Shown here in pieces: positions 24,800-39,617 of a stretch of DNA of 64,000 nt. The notes under the pieces were generated by a model. It worked only from the letters and a program-made list of their open reading frames with translations. It was not told the origin of the DNA and did not search any database. The translations under genes were made by a program, and so were the position numbers. How positions within the stretch are numbered: the first letter of the stretch is position 1; each line of letters opens with the position of its first letter. Source of the DNA: Antedon mediterranea (Eukaryota; Animalia; Echinodermata); NCBI RefSeq assembly GCF_964355755.1, contig NC_092676.1, positions 13,130,771 to 13,194,770 on the forward strand, in the 5' to 3' direction.

Positions 24800-27700
24800 A
24801 CATGAAAGTGCTTAAAATCACATTTGAAACCGTTTTAGACCATTTTGAGCATTTCGATAAAACTTTTCACACAAAAAAATCAAAGTGCACAAAATAGCTT
24901 CAAATCGCATTTGGAGACGTTTTAGGCTATTTTGTGCATTTTGAAAAAATTTGTTAACATAAAAAGACCAAAGTGTTTAGAATATCTCCAAATCGCATTT
25001 GGAGACGTTTTAAACCATTTTGTGCATTTCGATGGAACTTGGTTACACAAAAACATCAAAGTGCTTAAAATCACATTTAAAACCGTTTTAGAGCATTTTG
25101 AGCATTTCGATAAAACTTTTCACACAAAAACATCAAATTGCACAAAATAGCTTAATACCGTGTTTGAAATCGTTTTAAACCATTTTGAGGATGTCGATAA
25201 AACTTTACACAAAAAAACATCAAAGTGCACAGAATAGCTTCAAATCGCATTTGGAGACGTTTTAAACCATTTTGTGCATTTCGATAAAACTTTTCACATA
25301 AAAACAACAAAGTGTACAAAATAGCTTCAAATCGCATTTAGAGACGTTTTAGACCATTTTGGGAATTTCGATGAAACTTGGTTACACAAATACATAAAAA
25401 TGCTTAAAATCACATTTCAAACCGTTTTAGAGCATTTTGAGCATTTCGATAAAACTTTTCACACAAAAACATCAAAGTGCACAAAATAGCTTCAAATCGC
25501 ATTTAGAGATGTTTTAGACCATTTTGTGCAATTCGATAAAACTTTTCACACAAAAACATCAAATTGCACAAAATAGCTTAATATCGTGTTTGAAAACGTT
25601 TTAGATCATTTTGAGCATGTCGATAAAACTTTTCACACAAAAACATAAAAGTGAACAGAATAGCTTCAAATTGCATTTTGAGACGTTTTAGAGCATTTTG
25701 TGCATTTCGATAAAATGTGTTAACATAAAAAGACCAAAGTGTTTAGAATATCTTCAAATCACATTTGGAGACGTACTTTAGACCATTTTTTGCATTTCGA
25801 TGAAACTTGGTTACACAAAAACATCAAAGTGCTTAAAATCAAATTTAAAACCGTTTTAGAGCATTTTGAGCATTTCGATAAAACTTTTCACACAAAAACA
25901 TCAAAGTGTACAAAATAGCTTCAAATCGCATTTAGAGAGGTTTTAGACCATTTTGTGCATTTCGATAAAACTTTTCACACAAAAACATCAAAGTGTACAA
26001 AATAACTTCAAATCGTATTTAGAGACGTTTTAGACCATTTTGTGCATTTTGTTAAAACTTTTCACACAAAAACATCAAATTGCACAAAATAGCTTAATAT
26101 CGTGTTTGAAAACGTTTTAAACCATTTTGAGCATGTCGATAAAACTTTTCACACAAAAATATCAAAGTGCACAGAATATCTTCAAATCGCATTTAGAGAC
26201 GTTTTAGACCATTTTGTGCATTTCGAAAAAATTTGTTAACATAAAAAGACCAAAGTGTTTAGAATATCTCCAAATCGCATTTGGAGACGTTTTAGACCAT
26301 TTTGTGTTTTTCGAAAAAACTTTTCACACAAAAACATCAAAGTGTACAAAATTGCTTCAAATCGCATTTGGAGACGTTTTAGACCATTTTGTGATTTTCG
26401 AAAAACTTTTCAAACAAAAACATCAAAGTGTAGAAAATTGCTTCAAATCGCAAAAAAAATGTTTTGAGAGATGTTTTAAAACAATTTTGTGCATTTCGAA
26501 AAAATTTGTTAACATAAAAAGACCAAAGTGTTTAGAATATCTCCAAATCGCATTTGGAGACGTTTTAGACCATTTTGTGCATTTCGATGACACTTGGTTA
26601 CACAAAAACATCAAAGTGCTTAAAATCACATTTAAAACCGTTTTAGAGCATTTTTAGCATTTCGATAATACTTTTCACACAAAAACATCAAAGTGTACAA
26701 AATAGCTTCAAATCGCATTTGGAGACGTTTTAGACCATTTTGTGCGTTTCGATGAATCTTGGTTACACAAAAACATCAAAGTGCTTAAAATCACATTTAA
26801 AACCGTTTTAGTGCATTTTGAGCATTTCGATAAAACTTTTCACACAAAAACATCAAATTGCACAAAATAGCTTAATATCGTGTTTGAAAACGTTTTAGAC
26901 CATTTTGAGCATGTCGATAAAACTTTTCACACAAAAACATAAAAGTGAACAGAATATCTTCAAATCGCATTTAGAGATGTTTTAGACCATTTTGTGCGTT
27001 TCGATAAAACTTCTCACACAAAAACATCAAATTGCACAAAATAGCTTAATATCGTGTTTGAAAACGTTTTAGACCATTTTGAGCATGTCGATAAAACTTT
27101 TCACACAAAAACATAAAAGTGCACAGAATAGCTTCAAATCGCATTTGGAGACGTTTTAGACCATTTTGTGCATTTCGAAAAAACTTTTTAACATAAAAAC
27201 ACCAAAGTGCTTAGAATAGCTTCAAATCGCATTTGGAGACGTTTTAGACCTTTTTGTGCATATCGATGAAACTTGGTTACACAAAAACATCAAAGTGCTT
27301 AAAATCACATTTGAAACCGTTTTAGAGCATTTTGAGCATTTCGATAAAACTTTTCACACAAAAACATCAAAGTGTACAAAATAGCTTCAAATCACATTTG
27401 AAACCGTTTTAGACCATTTTGAGCATTTCGATAAAACTTTTCACACAAAAACATCAAAGTGTACAAAATAGCTTCAAATCGCATTTGGAGACGTTTTAGA
27501 CCATTTTGTGCATTTCGATGAAACTTGGTTACACAAAAACATCAAAGTGCTTAAAATTACATTTGAAAGCGTTTTAGAGCATTTTGAGCATTTCGATAAT
27601 ACTTTTCACACAAAAACATCAAAGTGTACAAAATAGCTTCAAATCGCATTTGGAGACGTTTTAGACCATTTTGTGCATTTCGATGAAACTTGGTTACACA

Positions 27701-28060
27701 AAAACATCAAAGTGCTTAAAATCACATTTGAAACCGTTTTAGACCATTTTGAGCGTTTCGATAAAACTTTTCACACAAATAAATCAGAGTCCACAAAATA
27801 GCTTCAAATCGCATTTGGAGACGTTTTAGACTATTTTGTGCATTTCGAAAAAATTTGTTAACATAAAAAGACCAAAGTGTTTAGAATATCTCCAAATCGC
27901 ATTTGGAGACGTTTTAAACCATTTTGTGCATTTCGATGGAACTTGGTTACACAAAAACATCAAAGTGCTTAAAATCACATTTAAAACCGTTTTAGAGCAT
28001 TTTGAGCATTTCGATAAAACTTTTCACACAAAAACATCAAAGTGTACAAAATAGCTTCAA
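24800..28060 (+). repeat. Diverged and rearranged copy of the 4.1 kb module (boundaries approximate)
   Basis: Same markers (ORF starts 24932, 26214, 27836), with private substitutions, small insertions and extra monomers. Confidence 0.75.
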
Positions 28061-30239
28061 ATCGCATTTAGAGAGGTTTTAGACCATTTTGTGCATTTTT
28101 ATAAAACTTTTCACACAAAAACATCAAATTGCACAAAATAGCTTAATACCATGTTTGAAATCGTTTTAAACCATTTTGAGCATGTCGATAAAACTTTTCA
28201 CAAAAAAACATCAAAGTGCACAGAATAGCTTCAAATCGCATTTGGAGACGTTTTAAACCATTTTGTGCATTTCGATAAAACTTTTCACATAAAAACATCA
28301 AAGTGTACAAAATAGCTTCAAATCGCATTTAGAGACGTTTTAGACCATTTTGGGCATTTCGATGAAACTTGGTTACACAAATACATAAAAGTGCTTAAAA
28401 TCACATTTAAAACCGTTTTAGAGCATTTTGAGCATTTCGATAAAACTTTTCACACAAAAACATCAAAGTGTACAAAATAGCTTCAAATCACATTTGAAAC
28501 CGTTTTAGACCATTTTGAGCATTTCGATAAAACTTTTCACACAAAAACATCAAAGTGTACAAAATAGCTTCAAATCGCATTTGGAGACGTTTTAGACCAT
28601 TTTGTGTATTTCGATGAAACTTGGTTACACAAAAACATCAAAGTGCTTAAAATCACATTTGAAACCGTTTTAGAGCATTTTTAGCATTTCGATAATACTT
28701 TTCACACAAAAACATCAAAGTGTACAAAATAGCTTCAAATCGCATTTGGAGACGTTTTAGACCATTTTGTGCATTTCGATGAAACTTGGTTACACAAAAA
28801 CATCAAAGTGCTTAAAATCACATTTGAAACCGTTTTAGACCATTTTGAGCATTTCGATAAAACTTTTCAGACAAAAAAATCAAAGTGCACAAAATAGCTT
28901 CAAATCGCATTTGGAGACGTTTTAGACTATTTTGTGCATTTCGAAAAAATTTGTTAACATAAAAAGACCAAAGTGTTTAGAATATCTCCAAATCGCATTT
29001 AGAGACGTTTTAGACCATTTTGGGCATTTCGATGGAACTTGGTTACACAAAAACATCAAAGTGCTTAAAATCACATTTAAAACCGTTTTAGAGCATTTTG
29101 AGCATTTCGATAAAACTTTTCACACAAAAACATCAAAGTGTACAATATAGCTTCAAATCGCATTTAGAGAGGTTTTAGACCATTTTGTGCATTTCGATAA
29201 ATCTTTTCACACAAAAACATCAAAGTGTACAAAATAACTTCAAATCGTATTTAGAGACGTTTTAGACCATTTTGTGCATTTTGATAAAACTTTTCACACA
29301 AAAACATCAAATTGCACAAAATAGCTTAATATCGTGTTTGAAAACGTTTTAAACCATTTTGAGCATGTCGATAAAACTTTTCACACAAAAACATCAAATT
29401 GCACAAAATAGCTTAATATCGTGTTTGAAAACGTTTTAAACCATTTTGAGCATGTCGATAAAACTTTTCACACAAAAATATCAAAGTGCACAGAATATCT
29501 TCAAATCGCATTTAGAGACGTTTTAGACCATTTTGTGCATTTCGAAAAAATTTGTTAACATAAAAAGACCAAAGTGTTTAGAATATCTCCAAATCGCATT
29601 TGGAGACGTTTTAGACCATTTTGTGCATTTCAATGAAACTTGGTTACACAAAAACATCAAAGTGCTTAAAATCACATTTGAAACCGTTTTAGAGCATTTT
29701 TAGCATTTCGATAATACTTTTCACACAAAAACATCAAAGTGTACAAAATAGCTTCAAATCGCATTTGGAGACGTTTTAGACCATTTTGTGCATTTCGATG
29801 AAACTTGGTTACACAAAAACATCAAAGTGCTTAAAATCACATTTGAAACCGTTTTAGACCATTTTGAGCATTTCGATAAAACTTTTCACACAAAAAAATC
29901 AAAGTGCACAAAATAGCTTCAAATCGCATTTGGAGACGTTTTAGACTATTTTGTGCATTTCGAAAAAATTTGTTAACATAAAAAGATCAAAGTGTTTAGA
30001 ATAACTCCAAATCGCATTTGGAGACGTTTTAAACCATTTTGTGCATTTCGATGGAACTTGGTTACACAAAAACATCAAAGTGCTTAAAATCACATTTAAA
30101 ACCGTTTTAGAGCATTTTGAGCATTTCGATAAAACTTTCACACAAAAACATCAAAGTGTACAAAATAGCTTCAAATCGCATTTAGAGAGGTTTTAGACCA
30201 TTTTGTGCATTTCGATAAAACTTTTCACACAAAAACATC

Positions 30240-32530
30240 AAAGTGTACAAAATTCCTTCAAATCGCATTTGGAGACGTTTTAGACCATTTTGTGATTTTC
30301 GAAAAACTTTTCACACAAAAACATCAAAGTGTAGAAAATTGCTTCAAATCGCATTTAGAGATGTTTTAGAGCATTTTGTGCATTTCGAAAAAATTTGTTA
30401 ACATAAAAAGACCAAAGTGTTTAGAATATCTCCAAATCGCATTTGGAGACGTTTTAGACCATTTTGTGCATTTCGATGACACTTGGTTACACAAAAACAT
30501 CAAAGTGCTTAAAATCACATTTAAAACCGTTTTAGAGCGTTTTGAGCATTTCGATAAACTTTTCAAACAAAAACATCAAAGTGTACAAAATAGCTTCAAA
30601 TCGTATTTGGAGACGTTTTAGACCATTTTGTGCGTTTCGATGAATCTTGGTTACACAAAAACATCAAAGTGCTTAAAATCAAATTTAAAACCGTTTTAGT
30701 GCATTTTGAGCATTTCGATAAAACTTTTCACACAAAAACATCAAAGTGCACAAAATAGCTTCAAATCGCATTTAGAGATGTTTTAGACCATTTTGTGCGT
30801 TTCGATAAAACTTTTCACACAAAAACATCAAATTGCACAAAATAGCTTAATATCGTGTTTGAAAACGTTTTAGACCATTTTGAGCATGTCGATAAAACTT
30901 TTCACACAAAAACATAAAAGTGCACAGAATAGCTTCAAATCGCATTTGGAGACGTTTTAAACCATTTTGTGCATTTCGAAAAAAACTTTTTAACATAAAA
31001 ACACCAAAGTGCTTAGAATAGCTTCAAATCGCATTTGGAGACGTTTTAGACCATTTTGTGCATTTCGATGAAACTTGGTTACACAAAAACATCAAAGTGC
31101 TTAAAATCACATTTGAAACCGTTTTAGAGCATTTTGAGCATTTCGATAAAACTTTTCACACAAAAACATCAAAGTGTACAAAATAGCTTCAAATCACATT
31201 TGAAACCGTTTTAGACCATTTTGAGCATTTCGATAAAACTTTTCACACAAAAACATCAAAGTGTACAAAATAGCTTCAAATCGCATTTGGAGACGTTTTA
31301 GACCATTTTGTGCATTTCGATGAAACTTGGTTACACAAAAACATCAAAGTGCTTAAATCACATTTGAAACCGTTTTAGACCATTTTGAGCGTTTTGATAA
31401 AACTTTTCACACAAATAAATCAGAGTGCACAAAATAGCTTCAAATCGCATTTGGAGACGTTTTAGACTATTTTGTGCATTTCGAAAAAATTTGTTAACAT
31501 AAAAAGACCAAAGTGTTTAGAATATCTCCAAATCGCATTTGGAGACGTTTTAAACCATTTTGTGCATTTCGATGGAACTTGGTTACACAAAAACATCAAA
31601 GTGCTTAAAATCACATTTAAAACCGTTTTAGAGCATTTTGAGCATTTCGATAAAACTTTTCACACAAAAACATCAAAGTGTACAAAATAGCTTCAAATCG
31701 CATTTAGAGACGTTTTAGACCATTTTGTGCATTTTGATAAAACTTTTCACACAAAAACATCAAATTGCACAAAATAGCTTAATATTGTGTTTGAAAACGT
31801 TTTAAACCATTTTGAGCATGTCGATAAAACTTTTCACACAAAAATATCAAAGTGCCCAGAATATCTTCAAATCGCATTTAGAGACGTTTTAGACCATTTT
31901 GTGCATTTCGAAAAAATTTGTTAACATAAAAAGACCAAAGTGTTTAGATTATCTCCAAATCGCATTTGGAGACGTTTTAGACCATTTTGTGTTTTTCGAA
32001 AAAACTTTTCACACAAAAACATCAAAGTGTACAAAATTGCTTCAAATCGCATTTAGAGAGGTTTTAGACCATTTTGTGCATTTCGATAAAACTTTTCACA
32101 CAAAAACATCAAAGTGCACAGAATATCTTAATACCGTGTCTGAAATCGTTTTAAACCATTTTGAGCATGTCGATAAAACTTTTCACACAAAAACATCAAA
32201 GTGCACAGAATATCTTCAAATCGCATTTAGAGACGTTTTAGACCATTTTGTGCATTTCGAAAAAATTTGTTAACATAAAAAGACCAAAGTGTTTAGAATA
32301 TCTCCAAATCGCATTTGGAGACGTTTTAGACCATTTTGTGCATTTCGATGAAACTTGGTTACACAAAAACATCAAAGTGCTTAAAATCACATTTGAAACC
32401 GTTTTAGAGCATTTTGAGCATTTCGATAAAACTTTTCACACAAAAACATCAAAGTGTACAAAATAGCTTCAAATCACATTTGAAACCGTTTTAGACCATT
32501 TTGAGCATTTCGATAAAACTTTTCACACAA
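30240..32530 (+). repeat. Partial (3' part) copy of the 4.1 kb module (boundaries approximate)
   Basis: ORF starts 30376, 31472, 31899 and 32248 equal 6542, 7638, 8065 and 8414 plus 23834. Confidence 0.82.
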
Positions 32531-34959
32531 AAACATCAAAGTGCTTAAAATCACATTTGAAACCGTTTTAGACCATTTTGAGCATTTCGATAAAACTTTT
32601 CACACAAAAAAATCAAAGTGCACAAAATAGCTTCAAATCGCATTTGGAGACGTTTTAGACTATTTTGTGCATTTTGAAAAAATTTGTTAACATAAAAAGA
32701 CCAAAGTGTTTAGAATATCTCCAAATCGCATTTGGAGACGTTTTAAACCATTTTGTGCATTTCGATGGAACTTGGTTACACAAAAACATCAAAGTGCTTA
32801 AAATCACATTTAAAACCGTTTTAGAGCATTTTGAGCATTTCGATAAAACTTTTCACACAAAAACATCAAAGTGTACAAAATAGCTTCAAATCGCATTTAG
32901 AGAGGTTTTAGACCATTTTGTGCATTTCGATAAAACTTTTCACACAAAAACATCAAAGTGAACAAAATAGCTTCAAATCGCATTTAGAGACGTTTTAGAC
33001 CATTTTGTGCATTTCGATAAAACTTTTCACACAAAAACATCAAATTGCACAAAATAGCTTAATACCGTGTTTGAAATCGTTTTAAACCATTTTGAGCATG
33101 TCGATAAAACTTTTCACAAAAAAACATCAAAGTGCACAGAATAGCTTCAAATCGCATTTGGAGACGTTTTAAACCATTTTGAGCATTTCAATAAAACTTT
33201 TCACACAAAAACATCAAAGTGTACAAAATAGCTTCAAATCGCATTTAGAGAGGTTTTAGACCATTTTGTGCATTTCGATAAAACTTTTCACACAAAAACA
33301 TCAAATTGCACAAAATAGCTTAATATCGTGTTTGAAAACGTTTTAAACCATTTTGAGCATGTCGATAAAACTTTTCACACAAAAATATCAAAGCGCACAG
33401 AATATCTTCAAATCGCATTTAGAGACGTTTTAGACCATTTTGTGCATTTCGAAAAAATTTGTTAACATAAAAAGACCAAAGTGTTTAGAATATCTCCAAA
33501 TCGCATTTGGAGACGTTTTAGACCATTTTGTGCATTTCGATGAAACTTGGTTACACAAAAACATCAAAGTGCTTAAAATCACATTTAAAACCGTTTTAGA
33601 GCGTTTTGAGCATTTCGATAAACTTTTCACACAAAAACATCAAAGTGCACAAAACAGCTTCAAATCGCATTTAGAGATGTTTTAGACCATTTTGTGCATT
33701 TCGATAAAACTTTTCACACAAAAACATCAAATTGCACAAAATAGCTTAATACCGTGTTTGAAATCGTTTTAAACCATTTTGAGCATGTCGATAAAACTTT
33801 TCACACAAAAACATCAAAGTGTACAAAATAGCTTCAAATCGCATTTAGAGAGGTTTTAGACCATTTTGTGCATTTCGATAAAACTTTTCACACAAAAACA
33901 TCAAAGTGTACAAAATAGCTTCAAATCGCATTTGGAGACGTTTTAGACCATTTTGTGCATTTCGATGAAACTTGGTAACACAAAAACATCAAAGTGCTTA
34001 AAATTACATTTGAAAGCGTTTTAGAGCATTTTGAGCATTTCGATAATACTTTTCACACAAAAACATCAAAGTGTACAAAATAGCTTCAAATCGCATTTGG
34101 AGACGTTTTAGACCATTTTGTGCATTTCGATGAAACTTGGTTACACAAAAACATCAAAGTGCTTAAAATCACATTTGAAACCGTTTTAGACCATTTTGAG
34201 CGTTTCGATAAAACTTTTCACACAAAAACATCAAAGTGCACAAAATAGCTTCAAATCGCATTTGGAGACGTTTTAGACTATTTTGTGCATTTCGAAAAAA
34301 TTTGTTAACATAAAAAGACCAAAGTGTTTAGAATATCTCCAAATCGCATTTGGAGACGTTTTAAACCATTTTGTGCATTTCGATGGAACTTGGTTACACA
34401 AAAACATCAAAGTGCTTAAAATCACATTTAAAACCGTTTTAGAGCATTTTGAGCATTTCGATAAAACTTTTCACACAAAAACATCAAAGTGTACAAAATA
34501 GCTTCAAATCGCATTTAGAGACGTTTTAGACCATTTTGTGCATTTTGTTAAAACTTTTCACACAAAAACATCAAATTGCACAAAATAGCTTAATATTGTG
34601 TTTGAAAACGTTTTAAACCATTTTGAGCATGTCGATAAAACTTTTCACACAAAAATATCAAAGTGCCCAGAATATCTTCAAATCACATTTAGAGACGTTT
34701 TAGACCATTTTGTGCATTTCGAAAAAATTTGTAAACATAAAAAGACCAAAGTGTTTAGATTATCTCCAAATCGCATTTGGAGACGTTTTAGACCATTTTG
34801 TGTTTTTCGAAAAAACTTTTCACACAAAAACATCAAAGTGTACAAAATTGCTTCAAATCGCATTTAGAGAGGTTTTAGACCATTTTGTGGATTTCGATAA
34901 AACTTTTCACACAAAAACATCAAAGTGCACAGAATATCTTAATACCGTGTCTGAAATCG

Positions 34960-37228
34960 TTTTAAACCATTTTGAGCATGTCGATAAAACTTTTCACACA
35001 AAAACATCAAAGTGCACAGAATATCTTCAAATCGCATTTAGAGACGTTTTAGACCATTTTGTGCATTTCGAAAAAATTTGTTAACATAAAAAGACCAAAG
35101 TGTTTAGAATATCTCCAAATCGCATTTGGAGACGTTTTAGACCATTTTGTGCATTTCGATGAAACTTGGTTACACAAAAACATCAAAGTGCTTAAAATCA
35201 CATTTGAAACCGTTTTAGAGCATTTTGAGCATTTCGATAAAACTTTTCACACAAAAACATCAAAGTGTACAAAATAGCTTCAAATCACATTTGAAACCGT
35301 TTTAGACCATTTTGAGCATTTCGATAAAACTTTTCACACAAAAACATCAAAGTGTACAAAATAGCTTCAAATCGCATTTGGAGACGTTTTAGACCATTTT
35401 GTGCATTTCGATGAAACTTGGTTACACAAAAACATCAAAGTGCTTAAAATCACATTTGAAACCGTTTTAGAGCATTTTTAGCATTTCGATAATACTTTTC
35501 ACACAAAAACATCAAAGTGTACAAAATAGCTTCAAATCGCATTTGGAGACGTTTTAGACCATTTTGTGCATTTCGATGAAACTTGGTAACACAAAAACAT
35601 CAAAGTGCTTAAAATCACATTTGAAACCGTTTTAGACCATTTTGAGCATTTCGATAAAACTGTTCACACAAAAAAATCAAAGTGCACAAAATAGCTTCAA
35701 ATCGCATTTGGGGACGTTTTAGACTATTTTGTGCATTTCGAAAAAATTTGTTAACATAAAAAGACCAAAGTGTTTAGAATATCTCCAAATCGCATTTGGA
35801 GACGTTTTAAACCATTTTGTGCATTTCGATGGAACTTGGTTACACAAAAACATCAAAGTGCTTAAAATCACATTTAAAACCGTTTTAGAGCATTTTTAGC
35901 ATTTCGATAAAACATTTCACACAAAAACATCAAAGTGCACAAAATAGCTTCAAATCGCATTTAGAGACGTTTTAGACCATTTTGTGCATTTCGATGAAAC
36001 TTGGTTACACAAAAACATCAAAGTGCTTAAAATCACATTTAAAACCGTTTTAGAGCGTTTTGAGCATTTCGATAAACTTTTTACAAAAAAACATCAAAGT
36101 GCACAAAATAGCTTCAAATCGCATTTAGAGATGTTTTAGACCATTTTGTGCATTTCGATAAAACTTTTCACACAAAAACATCAAATTGCACAAAATAGCT
36201 TAATACCGTGTTTGAAATCATTTTAAACCATTTTGAGCATGTCGATAAAACTTTTCACACAAAAACATCAAAGTGCACAGAATATCTTCAAATCGCATTT
36301 AGAGACGTTTTAGACCATTTTGTGCATTTCGAAAAAATTTGTTAACATAAAAAGACCAAAGTGTTTAGAATATCTCCAAATCGCATTTGGAGACGTTTTA
36401 GACCATTTTGTGCATTTCGATGAAACTTGGTTACACAAAAACATCAAAGTGCTTAAAATCACATTTGAAACCGTTTTAGAGCATTTTGAGCATTTCGATA
36501 AAACTTTTCACACAAAAACATCAAAGTGTACAAAATAGCTTCAAATCACATTTGAAACCGTTTTAGACCATTTTGAGCATTTCGATAAAACTTTTCACAC
36601 AAAAACATCAAAGTGTACAAAATAGCTTCAAATCGCATTTGGAGACGTTTTAGACCATTTTGTGCATTTCGATGAAACTTGGTTACACAAAAACATCAAA
36701 GTGCTTAAAATCACATTTGAAACCGTTTTAGAGCATTTTTAGCATTTCGATAATACTTTTCACACAAAAACATCAAAGTGTACAAAATAGCTTCAAATCG
36801 CATTTGGAGACGTTTTAGACCATTTTGTGCATTTCGATGAAACTTGGTAACACAAAAACATCAAAGTGCTTAAAATCACATTTGAAACCGTTTTAGACCA
36901 TTTTGAGCATTTCGATAAAACTGTTCACACAAAAAAATCAAAGTGCACAAAATAGCTTCAAATCGCATTTGGGGACGTTTTAGACTATTTTGTGCATTTC
37001 GAAAAAATTTGTTAACATAAAAAGACCAAAGTGTTTAGAATATCTCCAAATCGCATTTGGAGACGTTTTAAACCATTTTGTGCATTTCGATGGAACTTGG
37101 TTACACAAAAACATCAAAGTGCTTAAAATCACATTTAAAACCGTTTTAGAGCATTTTTAGCATTTCGATAAAACATTTCACACAAAAACATCAAAGTGCA
37201 CAAAATAGCTTCAAATCGCATTTAGAGA
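34960..37228 (+). repeat. Local near-tandem duplication, 1261 bp offset (34960-35967 vs 36221-37228)
   Basis: The private marker AAACTGTTCAC occurs at ~35660 and ~36921 only; ORF starts 35059 and 36320. Confidence 0.85.
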
Positions 37229-39617
37229 TGTTTTAGACCATTTTGTGCATTTCGATAAAACTTTTCACACAAAAACATCAAATTGCACAAAATAGCTTAA
37301 TACCGTGTTTGAAATCATTTTAAACCATTTTGAGCATGTCGATAAAACTTTTCACACAAAAACATCAAAGTGCACAGAATTTCTTCAAATCGCATTTAGA
37401 AACGTTTTAGACCATTTTGTGCATTTCGAAAAAATTTGTTAACATAAAAAGACCAAAGTGTTTAGAATATCTCCAAATCGCATTTGGAGACGTTTTAGAC
37501 CATTTTGTGCATTTCGAAAAAATTTGTTAACATAAAAAGACCAAAGTGTTTAGAATATCTCCAAATCGCATTTGGAGACGTTTTAGACCATTTTGTGCAT
37601 TTCGATGAAACTTGGTTACACAAAAACATCAAAGTGCTTAAAATCACATTTGAAACCGTTTTAGAGCATTTTGAGCATTTCGATAAAACTTTTCACACAA
37701 AAACATCAAAGTGTACAAAATAGCTTCAAATCACATTTGAAACCGTTTTAGACCATTTTGAGCATTTCGATAAAACTTTTCACACAAAAACATCAAAGTG
37801 TACAAAATAGCTTCAAATCGCATTTGGAGACGTTTTAGACCATTTTGTGCATTTCGATGAAACTTGGTTACACAAAAACATCAAAGTGCTTAAAATCACA
37901 TTTGAAACCGTTTTAGAGCATTTTTAGCATTTCGATAATACTTTTCACACAAAAACATCAAAGTGTACAAAATAGCTTCAAATCGCATTTGGAGACGTTT
38001 TAGACCATTTTGTGCATTTCGATGAAACTTGGTTACACAAAAACATCAAAGTGCTTAAAATCACATTTGAAACCGTTTTAGACCATTTTGAGCATTTCGA
38101 TAAAACTTTTCAGACAAAAAAATCAAAGTGCACAAAATAGCTTCAAATCGCATTTGGGGACGTTTTAGACTATTTTGTGCATTTCGAAAAAATTTGTTAA
38201 CATAAAAAGACCAAAGTGTTTAGAATATCTCCAAATCGCATTTGGAGACGTTTTAAACCATTTTGTGCATTTCGATGGAACTTGGTTACACAAAAACATC
38301 AAAGTGCTTAAAATCACATTTAAAACCGTTTTAGAGCATTTTTAGCATTTCGATAAAACTTTTCACACAAAAACATCAAAGTGTACAAAATAGCTTCAAA
38401 TCGCATTTAGAGAGGTTTTAGACCATTTTGTGCATTTCGATAAAACTTTTCACACAAAAACATCAAAGTGTACAAAATAGCTTCAAATTGCATTTAGAGA
38501 CGTTTTAGACCATTTTGTGCATTTCGATAAAACTTTTCACACAAAAACATCAAATTGCACAAAATCGTTTTAAACCATTTTAAATCGTTTTAAACCATTT
38601 TGAGCATGTCGATAAAACTTTTCACAAAAAACATCAAAGTGCACAGAATAGCTTCAAATTGAATTTGGAGACGTTTTAGAGCATTTTTTGCATTTCGATA
38701 AAATGTGTTAACATAAAAAGACCAAAGTGTTTAGAATATCTTCAAATCACATTTGGAGACATTTTAGACCATTTTTTGCATTTCGATGAAACTTGGTTAC
38801 ACAAAAACATCAAAGTGCTTAAAATCACATTTGAAACCGTTTTAGAGCATTTTGAGCATTTCGATAAAACTTTTCACACAAAAACATTAAAGTGTACAAA
38901 ATAGCTTCAAATCGCATTTAGAGACGTTTTAGACCATTTTGTGCATTTCGAAAAAATTTGTTAACATAAAAAGACCAAAGTGTTTAGAATATCTCCAAAT
39001 CGCATTTGGAGACGTTTTAGACCATTTTGTGCATTTCGATGAAACTTGGTTACACAAAAACATCAAAGTGCTTAAAATCACATTTGAAAGCGTTTTAGAG
39101 CATTTTTAGCATTTCGATAATACTTTTCACACAAAAACATCAAAGTGTACAAAATAGCTTCAAATCGCATTTGGAGACGTTTTAGACCATTTTGTGCATT
39201 TCGATGAAACTTGGTTACACAAAAACATCAAAGTGCTTAAAATCACATTTAAAACAGTTTTAGAGCATTTTGAGCATTTCGATAAAACTTTTCACACAAA
39301 AACATCAAAGTGTACAAAATAGCTTCAAATCGCATTTAAAGAGGTTTTAGACCATTTTGTGCATTTCGATAAAACTTTTCACACAAAAACATCAAAGTGT
39401 ACAAAATAGCTTCAAATCGCATTTAGAGACGTTTTAGACCATCTTGTGCATTTCGATAAAACTTTTCACACAAAAACATAAAATTGCACAAAATAGCTTA
39501 ATATCGTGTTTGAAAACGTTTTAAACCATTTTGAGCATGTCGATAAAACTTTTCACACAAAAATATCAAAGTGCACAGAATATCTTCAAATCGCATTTAG
39601 AGACGTTTTAGACCATT

